A DNA stretch of 64,000 nt from an uncultured Prevotella sp. (GTDB taxonomy: Bacteria > Bacteroidota > Bacteroidia > Bacteroidales > Bacteroidaceae), in the NCBI GenBank assembly GCA_946184025.1, contig CAMHEA010000001.1, forward strand, positions 4,871 through 68,870, read 5' to 3'. Of the stretch, positions 10,650-20,907 are shown piece after piece; position 1 is the stretch's first letter; each line of letters begins with the position of its first letter. A model generated the notes under the pieces. That model saw only the letters and a list, made by a program, of their open reading frames with translations, did not search any database and was not told the origin of the DNA. The position numbers and the translations under genes were made by a program.

Positions 10650-12914
10650 ATGAGAAAAACATTCATGACCCTTGCCCTCGCCGTTGTCACCACAACGGCC
10701 TTCGCACAGAAGAAACCCATGCGCGAATTCGTTGACGATTTGATGGCAAAAATGACACTGCAAGAGAAAATCGGACAGCTCAACCTCATGGTGGCCGGTG
10801 ACATTACCACTGGTTCGGCCATGGACACACAAGTCGGCGGCGACATCGCAGCCGGACGTATGGGAGGTATCTTCAACATCAAAGGTGCCGACAAGATACG
10901 CGCCATGCAGGAACTGGCCGTTAAGAAGAGCCGACTGGGAATCCCTCTCATTGTTGGCATGGATGTAATCCACGGCTATGAAACCATCTTCCCCATCCCC
11001 TTGGCACTCTCTTGCTCATGGGACCTCGATGCCGTTGAGCAGAGTGCACGCATCGCTGCCAAGGAAGCCAGTGCCGATGGTATCAACTGGACCTATTCGC
11101 CCATGGTAGACATCTGTGTAGATGCCCGATGGGGACGCTACTCCGAAGGAAACGGTGAGGATCCGTTCCTCGGTAGCAAGATCGGACAGGCCATGGTACG
11201 CGGCTATCAAGGTGACTACAGCCGTACCGACAACATCATGGCTTGTGTGAAGCACTATGCCCTGTATGGTGCTGCGGAATCTGGACGTGACTATAACACC
11301 GTAGACATGAGCCGTGCACGCATGTATAACCAGTATTTCCCACCCTATAAGGCAGCCGCAGAGGCTGGTGCCGGTTCGTTTATGACCTCCTTCAACATCG
11401 TCGACGGCGTTCCTGCCACAGCCAACAAGTGGCTCATCGACGATGTACTGCGCAAGCAATGGAAATACGACGGATTCATCGTCACCGACTACGGCTCCAT
11501 TGGCGAGATGCTCAACCACGGCGTAAGTGCCAATCTGCAAGACGCATCGGCACAAGCACTCATTGCCGGCACCGACATGGACATGTGTGCACAGGGATTC
11601 CTCAACACCTTGGAGAAGAGTCTCAACGAAGGCAAGGTGTCCATGGCCGACATCGACAACGCCTGCCGACGGGTACTCGAAGCCAAATACAAGCTCGGAC
11701 TCTTTGCCGACCCCTACAAATACTGCGACTCCAAACGTCGCAAGAAGGACATCTTCACCGATGAGAACCGCGCAGAAGCACGCCGTATTGCCGCCGAGAC
11801 CTTCGTACTCCTGAAGAACGACAACAATCTGCTGCCCTTGCAGAAGAAAGGCAAAATCGCCCTTATCGGACCGATGGCCGACACCCGTGCCAACATGGCC
11901 GGAACATGGTGCGTAGCCTATACCCCTGACCGCTATGCCACCCTCAAGGAAGCCATGGAGCGCGCCGTGGGCGACAAGGCTGAGATCCTCTATGCACAAG
12001 GTTCCAATCTCACCCGCGACGAAGCCTTACAGGTTTCAGCAGAATTCGGAAAGACCATTCCGCGTGTCGACGACGCTGCAGCCAAGGCCGCAGCACTGGA
12101 GACGGCACGCAAAGCCGATGTCATCGTATGCGCCATGGGCGAGTGTGCCGACATGAGTGGCGAATGTGCCAGTCGCAGCAACCTTGAGATGCCCGACGTA
12201 CAGGCTGAGCTGCTACGCGAACTCGTGACGCTGGGCAAGCCCGTCGTTCTGCTCAACTTCTCCGGCCGTCCCACCGTTCTTTCTTGGGAAAACCAGCATG
12301 TCAATGCCATTCTCAACGTATGGTTCGGCGGTTCCGAAGCCGGCGATGCCATCTGCGACGTGGTCTTCGGCGACAAGGCTCCGAGCGGAAAGCTTACCAT
12401 GTCCATGCCACAGGCAACAGGGCAGGAACCGCTCTACTACAACCATCTGAACACAGGCCGTCCCGTTCCCGATGGTGCCGACCGCTTCTATAAGTATCAG
12501 AGCAACTACCTCGACGTACGCAACGACGCACTCTATCCCTTCGGCTACGGACTCTCCTACACCTCCTTCAGCTATTCTGACGTGAAACTCAGTGCAGCAG
12601 AAATCGGTAAGAACGGAACCGTCACCGCAACGGCCACCATCACCAATACAGGCAGCCGCGATGCCGACGAGATTGTGCAGCTCTATATCCGCGACATCGT
12701 TGGCACCCTCTCGCGTCCCGTGAAGGAACTCAAGGGCTTCCAGCGCATCAGCCTCAAAGCCGGAGAAAGCCGCGAGGTGAACTTCGAACTCACGCCTGAC
12801 CTTCTGAGCTACTACAATGCAGAAGGCCAGCCTGTACTCGAAGCTGGTGACTTCCTCGTAATGATCGGTCCGAACAGCCGCGACGTAAAGACGGCACAGT
12901 TCACCGTGAAATAA
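10650..12914 (+). CDS. bglX: GH3 beta-glucosidase (BglX-like)
   Basis: SRLGIPL…DVIHG, RWGR…GEDP, KHYALYGA, TDY nucleophile; start moved to ATG 10650 where the signal peptide begins. Confidence 0.9.
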   Translation: MRKTFMTLALAVVTTTAFAQKKPMREFVDDLMAKMTLQEKIGQLNLMVAGDITTGSAMDTQVGGDIAAGRMGGIFNIKGADKIRAMQELAVKKSRLGIPLIVGMDVIHGYETIFPIPLALSCSWDLDAVEQSARIAAKEASADGINWTYSPMVDICVDARWGRYSEGNGEDPFLGSKIGQAMVRGYQGDYSRTDNIMACVKHYALYGAAESGRDYNTVDMSRARMYNQYFPPYKAAAEAGAGSFMTSFNIVDGVPATANKWLIDDVLRKQWKYDGFIVTDYGSIGEMLNHGVSANLQDASAQALIAGTDMDMCAQGFLNTLEKSLNEGKVSMADIDNACRRVLEAKYKLGLFADPYKYCDSKRRKKDIFTDENRAEARRIAAETFVLLKNDNNLLPLQKKGKIALIGPMADTRANMAGTWCVAYTPDRYATLKEAMERAVGDKAEILYAQGSNLTRDEALQVSAEFGKTIPRVDDAAAKAAALETARKADVIVCAMGECADMSGECASRSNLEMPDVQAELLRELVTLGKPVVLLNFSGRPTVLSWENQHVNAILNVWFGGSEAGDAICDVVFGDKAPSGKLTMSMPQATGQEPLYYNHLNTGRPVPDGADRFYKYQSNYLDVRNDALYPFGYGLSYTSFSYSDVKLSAAEIGKNGTVTATATITNTGSRDADEIVQLYIRDIVGTLSRPVKELKGFQRISLKAGESREVNFELTPDLLSYYNAEGQPVLEAGDFLVMIGPNSRDVKTAQFTVK

Positions 12915-12937
12915 GACAACGTCAAGAATCTATATGT

Positions 12938-12970
12938 GGGGAGCCGGGAGGACGGAATCTCCCGCTCCCT
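12938..12970 (+). terminator. Hairpin after bglX
   Basis: gggagccgggag…ctcccgctccc imperfect stem, weak U tract. Confidence 0.45.
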
Positions 12971-13020
12971 AAATGACAAATGATAATTGATAGTCCGTTC
13001 GGTTCAAGGCGGAGTTTTTT

Positions 13021-13253
13021 CTCTCACAGATAACACAGATTTGCTCAGATTTTACTTGTTTCCAAAATAAATTCCTCTGTGTAAATCTGTATCATCTGTG
13101 AGAGACTTATTCTTTCGTAAGTTTCCTCAGATTTTACTTGTTCCCAAAATAAATGTCTCTGTGTAAATCTGTGCCATCTGTGAGCGAATTTATTCTTTCA
13201 CAGATCTTGCAGATTTTTGCATTCATTCGCGTAATCCGAGAAATCCGTAGTTT
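13021..13253. repeat. cacagat/atctgtg palindromic repeat with ~74-bp tandem duplication
   Basis: ctcagattttacttgtt…atctgtgag…ttattctttc at 13044 and 13126; ends in the cgtaatccgagaaatccgtagt module. Confidence 0.75.
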
Positions 13254-13575
13254 GGAGGTCTGGAAGTTTGGTCTTTTTTCGTTTCGCTCACTCCGGAGCT
13301 TATAGTAGGAAGGATAGGGTGGATTTATTCACTGTTTTTCGATGAAAAGGGAACTTTTTGTTTGTTTTCTTTTGTTTTCATGGCGCGTTGTATCTGACTT
13401 GTTGCTATCCGTTTACGCCTTGCCGAAAAAGAAGGCAAAAAACTCTTGATGGATGGCTTTTTGTTTAATTTCGACAATTTGCGCACTTTTCAAGACCGTT
13501 TTCACTTTATTGAGAAATAAATTTGTTAATTTTGTCCCATTATATGTGATAAATTTTAACTTAATATACAAGCTT

Positions 13576-16500
13576 ATGAGAAAAATTAAATTACTTTTGA
13601 TGCTTGTCGCTATGTTTGCCGGACTTGCTTCGACGTATGCCGACGAGCTGACAGTGTGTGATGGGACAACAACGAACAAGTATGTCCCGCTTTACGGTTA
13701 CTATGCCGATGAGGTAGGAACACAAAGTGAGTTCATCATTCCGGCTTCAATGTTGGCAGATATGAATGGTGGCTCCATTACATCGTTGAAGTTTTATACA
13801 GACAGCAATGTTTCGTGGGGAGCCCTGCAAGTTAAGATTTATGTAAAAGAAGTTACTGAAGAGTCGTTAGCAACAGGATTTGTCGGTGAAGACGGAGCTT
13901 CGGTAGTCTATACCGGCTCTTTCACAGTAGAGTCTAAAGAGGTTACGGTACCATTCTCTGAGGCGTTCTCCTATTCCGGAGGAAATCTTCTAGTTGGTCT
14001 GAAAGTGACCACCAAGGGAACTTATGCAAACGGCTATTTCTATGGTAAGGGAGGATACGACGTTGCCTATGGTAGGTCAAAGGCTAATAGTGGATCAGCT
14101 GTAGCCCAGTATTTCATTCCCAAGACAACCTTCACCTACGAGGCAGCAGCCGATGGTCCTGCTTTACGGGTGAACGGCTACAAGAATGGAGATACTTTCG
14201 CTTTCGGAATGGTTAACCCAGGAACGGAAAAGACACTGACGCTGAAGAATCCCGGCACGGAGGCTATCACTGTTAAAGTAGCTACGACAGGTGGTTTCAC
14301 GGCAGCGCCGTCTTCTGTTACTATTGATGCTAAGGGCGAGGCCACATTGACCATTACCGCTCCCGATGCTACGGCTAATGGAACGATTACCATCACTCCT
14401 ACGGTTGATGGTGTTGATGCTATCACCGTCAACCTGAAGGCTACCATCAAGGATCCTAACAAGGTCTTCATTGACTTTGAGGACAAGGCTCTTCCCGAAG
14501 ATTGGACAACGGTGGGTATTGGCAGCTACACAACGGGTAGCTACGGTTCTTCCTATGTATGGGACTTCTCCAAAGGATATGCATGGTATAAGAACTCATA
14601 CTCAAGTGCTGGATATGTGGGTTCTTATTATCATTCTTTGGTATCTCCGCTGATGAAGTTCACTGACGGAGAGAGCCTGATCTTCAAGGCAAAGAAGGAA
14701 CCGCAGTATTCCAGTTATCTGGGTTACCTGCGTGTAGAATATTCTACAAATGGTAATGAATGGACGGCTGTGGATAACGGTACGTTCAATGATGCCGCGT
14801 TGGCAACCGACTGGCAGGAGATAGAGGTTAGCATTCCAGCTTCGGCTAAGCAAATCCGCTTTGTGGGGGCTGGCATTGCTATCGACGACATCTACGGAGG
14901 TGAGTATGCAATCATTCCCGTAATGGCTGTTGCGGCTTCTGATTACGCTTTCGGCATGGTTGACGAGGCCGCTGAGACTACCTTTACCATCCAGAACAAG
15001 GGTAAGGCAGATCTGACAGGCGTGTCGGTCACTTCCAGCAACACTGCTTTCACCGTTTCGGGTGCTCCCGCGACCATTGCCGCAGGCGAAGAGGTTACGG
15101 TAACTGTTACCATGTCTGCTGCAACCGCAGGAGCCAAAGAAGGCACCATCACCGTTTCTGCGCCTGAGCAGGAAACGGTTACCTTCAATGTCAGTGGCTA
15201 TGTAATGGACAACACCTTGTTCACCGAGACCTTTGACGGCAACGCTCTGCCTGATGGCTGGGAAAACAGTGGATGGACGTTCTCTAATGGTGCTGCCGTT
15301 GGTAGCTACTCGTATGGAGCAAATAAGATTCTTACAACTCCTGCCCTGACTGTTGCAGAAGGTGAAAAGATGGCCCTTGAGGTCAGAAAGGTCAACTCTG
15401 GTAATTACACACTTCCGATTTATGTGTCAAAGGATGGTGGAGATTTTGCATTGCACCAGACAATTGCTGCAGCTGATTTGGATTATTTGGAATATAGAGT
15501 GTTCTTTATTGAAGGCTTAGAGGCAGGAAGCTATCAGATTCGTTTCATGGGAGATGGCGTGCAAATCAATGCCGTCAACGGTTTCCATCTTGACGAGAAT
15601 GCTCCGCTGCTCAGCGTATCTCCGACAACAGATGCTGCCTTTGGCAAGAAGACAGCTTCCGACAGCAAGGAATACACCATAACGAATACGGGTACGGGTA
15701 CGTTGGTTGTTGACATCGCTTCCAACAGCAGCGACTTCACCGTCAGCCCGGCACATCTGGAAGTTACCGACGAGCCGCAGACCTTCACCATTACCTTTAA
15801 CTATACTGAAGGAAACTATGGTCCGAAGGAAGGTGTCATCACTGTTACCCCGACCTATAACACGGATGCTGCTGTAACCATCAACGCTTCGGCTAAAGCT
15901 AATGATCCGAACGCTTGGGACGAAGACTTCGAGGAAGGTGAGATTCCTCTTGGTTGGGAAGCCAACAACTTCACGGTTGGTGCGTTTGATAAAACAGCGT
16001 TGAACAATACGAAAGTGGCTAAAGCCACTAATAAAGGAGGAACACTGACCACTCCGCGTCTGGAAGCTAAGGCTGGCGACGTGCTGACATGGGAAGCATA
16101 TATCGTTTGGTCTGACGAAGGTTTCACGGTAGAATATTCTAATGACGAGAAAGGAACATGGACGGCCATTGACGGATATAATCCTTATAAACCAGAGAAC
16201 GATGGCATCACTGCCAATGGTTCTGTGACAGAAATGTCCTTTACTGCTCCTGCAGACGGATTCTACTATCTGCGCTTCACTTCAACATGGGCAAACAACG
16301 CTGTTGACAATTTCAATGGCCTGAAGCTGGCCCTGAAGGATCACGATGTGCAAATTGCGAGCCAGAGCATACCTTCTTCGAGGACGCAGTATCAGGATAT
16401 TACAGTTCGCGTTGCAGTGTCAGAATTGGTTGGAAAGGATGAAGAAGTGACGGTTAAATTCTTCATCAATGGTGAGCAGTATGGTGAAGATGTTGTGGAG

Positions 16501-17337
16501 ACCGTTGAAGGTGGTACCACCAAGGAAATCAGCGTTACCTTCACTCCGACAGAAGCCATCACCGGTGAAGCATGGTTCACGGTTGAAAACGAAAACATCA
16601 GCCTGACCAGCGAGCCTGCGGAAATCACCATCAACGCTGCCTTGACCCTTGACGAGACGGTGGCTCCCGAGTCTATCCCGACAAACAGCGGCTATGGCAC
16701 AACCGATGTCGTTGTTGTGAAGTACACACCGAAGGCTGGCTGGAATACGATAGCCTTGCCGTTCCGTATGTATGATGCCGACCTCACCACGATCTTCGGT
16801 GAAGGCTGGAAGGCATACGAGTTCAATTCATACAGCGATGGTGCTTTAGGCTTTAAGGTCGCAAGCAGTTTCTATGCAGGCTATCCGTATATCATCTATG
16901 CTCCGAACGCTGATCCTACGAATAACCAGCATATCTTCAAGGTGGTAAACGTTTCAACGGCTACAGCTAAGTATGACTCTTATGGCGGTGCTACCTTCCA
17001 GGGTACCTTCGCTCCGATTGCAGCACCGGACATGGAAGGCAAGTATGGTGTTGTTCCGAGCACGGGTCGCATCCAGAAGGGTTCTGCTTCTGCTTCGCTG
17101 AAGGGCTATCGTGCTTACTTTGAGCTTCCTGCCGATGCTGATCCTGCCAAGATTTCGCTCGACTTCGGTGACGGTGTTGTCATTACAGGCATCGAGGGCT
17201 TGCAGGCTGTATTCGGCGAGACGGGCGACGTATACGACCTGAACGGCCGCAAGGTAGCCGATGCCAAGACCGCCAAGCCCGCAAACCTGCCGAAGGGTAT
17301 CTACATCCAGAATGGTAAGAAGCTGGTGATTAAGTAA
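13576..17337 (+). CDS. Large T9SS surface/adhesin-like protein (ASH/choice-of-anchor-D-like Ig repeats, cleaved-adhesin/MAM-like domains, pre-CTD domain)
   Basis: Signal peptide from ATG 13576; repeated FG…T.T..N.G and DFE…LP.GW…L.TP units; CTD YDLNGRKV…KGIYIQNGKKLVIK; -7 box TAATTTTG at 13527. Confidence 0.8.
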   Translation: MRKIKLLLMLVAMFAGLASTYADELTVCDGTTTNKYVPLYGYYADEVGTQSEFIIPASMLADMNGGSITSLKFYTDSNVSWGALQVKIYVKEVTEESLATGFVGEDGASVVYTGSFTVESKEVTVPFSEAFSYSGGNLLVGLKVTTKGTYANGYFYGKGGYDVAYGRSKANSGSAVAQYFIPKTTFTYEAAADGPALRVNGYKNGDTFAFGMVNPGTEKTLTLKNPGTEAITVKVATTGGFTAAPSSVTIDAKGEATLTITAPDATANGTITITPTVDGVDAITVNLKATIKDPNKVFIDFEDKALPEDWTTVGIGSYTTGSYGSSYVWDFSKGYAWYKNSYSSAGYVGSYYHSLVSPLMKFTDGESLIFKAKKEPQYSSYLGYLRVEYSTNGNEWTAVDNGTFNDAALATDWQEIEVSIPASAKQIRFVGAGIAIDDIYGGEYAIIPVMAVAASDYAFGMVDEAAETTFTIQNKGKADLTGVSVTSSNTAFTVSGAPATIAAGEEVTVTVTMSAATAGAKEGTITVSAPEQETVTFNVSGYVMDNTLFTETFDGNALPDGWENSGWTFSNGAAVGSYSYGANKILTTPALTVAEGEKMALEVRKVNSGNYTLPIYVSKDGGDFALHQTIAAADLDYLEYRVFFIEGLEAGSYQIRFMGDGVQINAVNGFHLDENAPLLSVSPTTDAAFGKKTASDSKEYTITNTGTGTLVVDIASNSSDFTVSPAHLEVTDEPQTFTITFNYTEGNYGPKEGVITVTPTYNTDAAVTINASAKANDPNAWDEDFEEGEIPLGWEANNFTVGAFDKTALNNTKVAKATNKGGTLTTPRLEAKAGDVLTWEAYIVWSDEGFTVEYSNDEKGTWTAIDGYNPYKPENDGITANGSVTEMSFTAPADGFYYLRFTSTWANNAVDNFNGLKLALKDHDVQIASQSIPSSRTQYQDITVRVAVSELVGKDEEVTVKFFINGEQYGEDVVETVEGGTTKEISVTFTPTEAITGEAWFTVENENISLTSEPAEITINAALTLDETVAPESIPTNSGYGTTDVVVVKYTPKAGWNTIALPFRMYDADLTTIFGEGWKAYEFNSYSDGALGFKVASSFYAGYPYIIYAPNADPTNNQHIFKVVNVSTATAKYDSYGGATFQGTFAPIAAPDMEGKYGVVPSTGRIQKGSASASLKGYRAYFELPADADPAKISLDFGDGVVITGIEGLQAVFGETGDVYDLNGRKVADAKTAKPANLPKGIYIQNGKKLVIK

Positions 17338-17370
17338 ACAACATTGAATGTAACAAAAATCAAGATGATT

Positions 17371-17652
17371 ATGAAGAAAGAGAAAGTATATATCAAGCCT
17401 TCTGTGAAGGTGCAAGACATGGAGATGGAGTCGTTGCTGGATGCTGCTACGGCACTGGATTCCACGCAGGGCAACCAGGATGTGACTCCGACGGAAGATC
17501 CCTATGACGGCGAGTTTGGTGCCAAGGGCAACGGCTCCGTCGCCTCCCTTAAAGGTGAAGGCTTCCCGCTTTACGGCGGGAAGCCTTTTCAAATTCATCC
17601 GATGAAGCTTCCCTTCGTCATCTCTTCGACGGGAAATGGGGGCGGGAACTGA
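17371..17652 (+). CDS. YxxP peptide family member 3, apparently lacking its WDD end and reading through a terminator
   Basis: MKKEKVYIKP…ESLLD…GAKGNGSV then unrelated sequence. Confidence 0.6.
   Translation: MKKEKVYIKPSVKVQDMEMESLLDAATALDSTQGNQDVTPTEDPYDGEFGAKGNGSVASLKGEGFPLYGGKPFQIHPMKLPFVISSTGNGGGN
17558..17590 (+). terminator. Intrinsic terminator inside the extended peptide ORF
   Basis: aaggcttcccgc-tttacg-gcgggaagcctt, 12-bp perfect stem, then ttc. Confidence 0.7.
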
Positions 17653-17782
17653 GTTCCCTAAAGGACAAATGATAAAAAGGAAGGGAGACGGAAGGTGGAA
17701 GATTGGAGTTCAGACTTCTGATTCCAGTCCCCAAGTTGTAGAAGTTGAGAACATGCGAAACTTAAGTAAACAACATGCAAAT

Positions 17783-20110
17783 ATGAAAAAGACAAGGATT
17801 TTGACATCCCTATTGCTGGTTGCCACCGTGTTCTGTACGACGGCGATGGCTGGCAATGACGGACAACAGCCCGTGAAGAAACAGAAGGTGCAGACTTTCA
17901 AGGGCGATGTACAGTTAGCAAAGATGGACTACCACGAGACCGCCGGCCTGTTGAATCCGCATCGCATGCAGCGTGCGGCTGCTAATGGCCTGACGGCAGC
18001 TTTCAGCGTACAGAGCGACGAGGCACAGGCACCTGTATGGAGTGAAAACTTCGATGGTGGCAATGCGCTTGCCAAGTGGACGCTCGACTATGGAACAGGC
18101 AACGAAATCACCATTGAGCTGGGGAATCCTTCCAGCAAGGATTTCAGCACCATTGACGGGAACAATGTCAACTCCTTGAAGATGGAAGGCGGATACAGGA
18201 CTGCCTACCGCACAAAAGGATATGCTACCTATAACGAGGCGGTGACGGTGCCGGACAATGGCCGTTTGCATGGCTATGTCAGCATGTCGTCGAACCTGTC
18301 GACCTATGCCACGCTCGTTCTTCAAGTCTCTGTCGACGACTTTGCGAATACTACCGATGTGTGGTCAAGTGCGGACGTGAAGACAACGGGACGCGAATGG
18401 GTCGAGATTGATGGCGACCTGTCGGCTTTTGTCGGAAAGAAAATCAAGCTGCGCCTCTACTACGGCCCCGGCGTTGGCGACTGGACGGGTGGCTACATGG
18501 CCGATTTCTATGTCGACGGACTCTCCGTGACGGGTGTCGTGCCCGTTGAAAGCATTCAGGTGAAGGCTGGTGACGAAATCCAGTTCGTGGATCTCTCCAC
18601 GGCTACGGCTACCTCGTGGCAATGGTCGTTTCCCGGTGGAACACCGTCGACTTCTACGGAGCAGAACCCCGTGGTATATTATAAGAAAGGTGGCAGCTAT
18701 GACGTGACGCTGACGGTCGGCGACGGCAGTGAGACGGATGCACTGACGAAGGAAGGCTTCGTCGAGGTGGAGGGTGTCCTGCCTGTTGCCGGTGTGGACT
18801 TCCCCTGTGACTTCCGTGACCTGACGACACGCAACCGCATGGTGGCACCCTTTGCGCCGCTTCACTATGCGGATGCCAGCACCGGATTCCCCACCAGCAG
18901 CACCTGGACTTTCGTGCACGACTATGAGGTGACGGGTGGCATCATTCAGCCAAAGGTCTACGACGGCGACGAGGTGGACTATGTGCATGAGAAGACGGGC
19001 AAATACTACGTTACCCATATCGCACAGAACGAAGAGGGATATGACTTCGTTGACGTGGAAGAAGAATCGAAGTTTGCTGGGATGGTGACTAACTTCCTGC
19101 CCACCGACGGCTATCAGACCAATGTCGTTGATGGTGACCTGACGTTGCCTGGAGCCAACAAGATGGGTATCACGGCATGGGCTGAGAAGTTCTCCAAACC
19201 CAGTGTTCCCAGCTTGCTGACGGCGATGTATGTCAACTTCACCAAGGCTTCAGCCAGTGAGCTGACGGATCAGATTGCCTCTGTGTCCTTCTACCTCTGC
19301 AAGAGTGAGAACGGCCTGCCTGGTGAGCGTATCGACCTGCTTGACTCGTGGATGATGAGCGAACTCAACTATGCAATGACGACGAATGACGGTGTGGTTA
19401 CGCTCGAACTGAATGGGGAATATGTCGTTGATGACGAGTTTTTCGTCGTCATCGAAGGCATCCTCGAAAAGAACGACAACCTGGAGTGTGCCATTGCCAT
19501 GGCACCCCTGCGCAGTGAGGGCAACACCGCCTATATGCTTAACAAAGGCACATGGAGACCCTTCACGGGCTACTTCCAAACGGCACCCGGCGGACAGACT
19601 TCATTGGCTGTATTCCCGGTCTTTGTCAGCTCTGTGGTCAGTGCGTGCGAGGTCGCCGAAGGTGGGGTAGTCACTCCTGCGGAAGCCGTCGTCCGCCTGC
19701 CTAAGACCGCAGGAACATACGAGCAGCAGCTCTTTGCCTACCTCGGTGTGACGGCGTTCGGCGAGCCTGCCGACGGATGGCTGCGTGTAACGAATACGCC
19801 GGTGACCAATATGGAAGAAAAGGAAACCGTAGAACCGATTCGCTTTGAGTTCGACGCACTGCCAGAAGGCATGAAAAGCCGTGAGACGACGGTTGATGTG
19901 AGCGACGGCGTGACCACGCTCACCCTGCACATCGTACAGGGCGACGAGATTCCCGATGTGCCCACGGTCCTCTCTTCCGTATCAGCCGTCCCGACAGCAC
20001 AACCGGAATATTTCGACATGCAGGGCCGCAGCCTTTCTGGTCGCTCCCTCCCCAAGGGACTGGTCATCGAGAAGGTGGGACAGCGCAGTGTAAAGCGCGT
20101 GGTGAGATAA
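17783..20110 (+). CDS. PKD-domain T9SS surface protein
   Basis: Signal peptide from ATG 17783; F.DLS…SWQWSFPGGTPSTSTEQNPVV.Y…GSYDVTLTV PKD motif; CTD YFDMQGR…KRVVR. Confidence 0.8.
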   Translation: MKKTRILTSLLLVATVFCTTAMAGNDGQQPVKKQKVQTFKGDVQLAKMDYHETAGLLNPHRMQRAAANGLTAAFSVQSDEAQAPVWSENFDGGNALAKWTLDYGTGNEITIELGNPSSKDFSTIDGNNVNSLKMEGGYRTAYRTKGYATYNEAVTVPDNGRLHGYVSMSSNLSTYATLVLQVSVDDFANTTDVWSSADVKTTGREWVEIDGDLSAFVGKKIKLRLYYGPGVGDWTGGYMADFYVDGLSVTGVVPVESIQVKAGDEIQFVDLSTATATSWQWSFPGGTPSTSTEQNPVVYYKKGGSYDVTLTVGDGSETDALTKEGFVEVEGVLPVAGVDFPCDFRDLTTRNRMVAPFAPLHYADASTGFPTSSTWTFVHDYEVTGGIIQPKVYDGDEVDYVHEKTGKYYVTHIAQNEEGYDFVDVEEESKFAGMVTNFLPTDGYQTNVVDGDLTLPGANKMGITAWAEKFSKPSVPSLLTAMYVNFTKASASELTDQIASVSFYLCKSENGLPGERIDLLDSWMMSELNYAMTTNDGVVTLELNGEYVVDDEFFVVIEGILEKNDNLECAIAMAPLRSEGNTAYMLNKGTWRPFTGYFQTAPGGQTSLAVFPVFVSSVVSACEVAEGGVVTPAEAVVRLPKTAGTYEQQLFAYLGVTAFGEPADGWLRVTNTPVTNMEEKETVEPIRFEFDALPEGMKSRETTVDVSDGVTTLTLHIVQGDEIPDVPTVLSSVSAVPTAQPEYFDMQGRSLSGRSLPKGLVIEKVGQRSVKRVVR

Positions 20111-20132
20111 AATTGACATAAATAATAGCAAG

Positions 20133-20164
20133 AAAGAGGATGTGGTGCCACATCCTCTTTTTTT
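20133..20164 (+). terminator. Intrinsic terminator
   Basis: aaagaggatgtg…cacatcctcttt followed by a T tract. Confidence 0.8.
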
Positions 20165-20176
20165 ATCCTGTCGCAC

Positions 20177-20645
20177 CACAGACTACGAATTTCCCGGATT
20201 ACACGAAAATCTCTAAATGCCTAAACACCTAACGTCATCTCCTAAACGACCTATCTCACAGACAACCAGACAACGAATTTCACCTAATTGCTTTAGCACT
20301 TTTCCAAAGCGTAGCGACTAAAAGAATGACACGAAAGATGGTAAAAATCTGCAAGATCTGCGAAATCTGCTGGAAAATTGAAAGGTCATGCAGATCGCGC
20401 AGATTTTGCAGATGGAATACGGACGTGATGATTTTGATTCTTACACAGAGAAGCAGAACCTTCGCGTCCGCTACGTCATGGCAGGAATAGAATCGCATTA
20501 CAAATGCTGATATTCGGTTCGGCCGGATTACAAATCCGACCGAGCGGCGTTTTCGTGTAATCCGTGAAATTCGTAGTCTGTTTTAGATGTTTCGTAGTTT
20601 GTTGACTCCTTTCCTTCGTGTAATCTGAGTGAAATTCGTAGTTGG
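20177..20645. repeat. Mosaic REP-like intergenic element, copy 2
   Basis: About 290 bp closely similar to 28200-28505; inverted cagactacgaatttc…gaaattcgtagtctg modules. Confidence 0.85.
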
Positions 20646-20674
20646 TGGCGGGCGAATAGCGGGGGCCTTAAACA

Positions 20675-20711
20675 AAGTAAGGAGTCAGGAAAAGCTCCTG
20701 ACTCCTTACTT
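20675..20711 (-). terminator. Intrinsic terminator after peptide 4
   Basis: aagtaaggagtcagga-aaagc-tcctgactccttactt; homologous to 24219-24253. Confidence 0.75.
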
Positions 20712-20730
20712 GTCGTTCCAGATGCAAGGG

Positions 20731-20907
20731 TTAGTCGTCCCACACGCTGTGGCGTACGGGTGCGGGGTCTTCGTCCCACGCGCCGTCTTCCTTGGCACCG
20801 GCAGGGTTCTGGTTCTCGTTGCTGGTGATGATGATGTCTATCATCATTTCGTCAGCATACATGTTCAACGTCTTGTTGACGGGCTTTACATATTTCTTTT
20901 TTTCCAT
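20731..20907 (-). CDS. Small YxxP…WDD peptide (58 aa), family member 4
   Basis: MEKKKYVKP…EMMID…GAKE…SVWDD*; alternative ATG at 20919 abuts the upstream TAA. Confidence 0.75.
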   Translation of the reverse strand: MEKKKYVKPVNKTLNMYADEMMIDIIITSNENQNPAGAKEDGAWDEDPAPVRHSVWDD

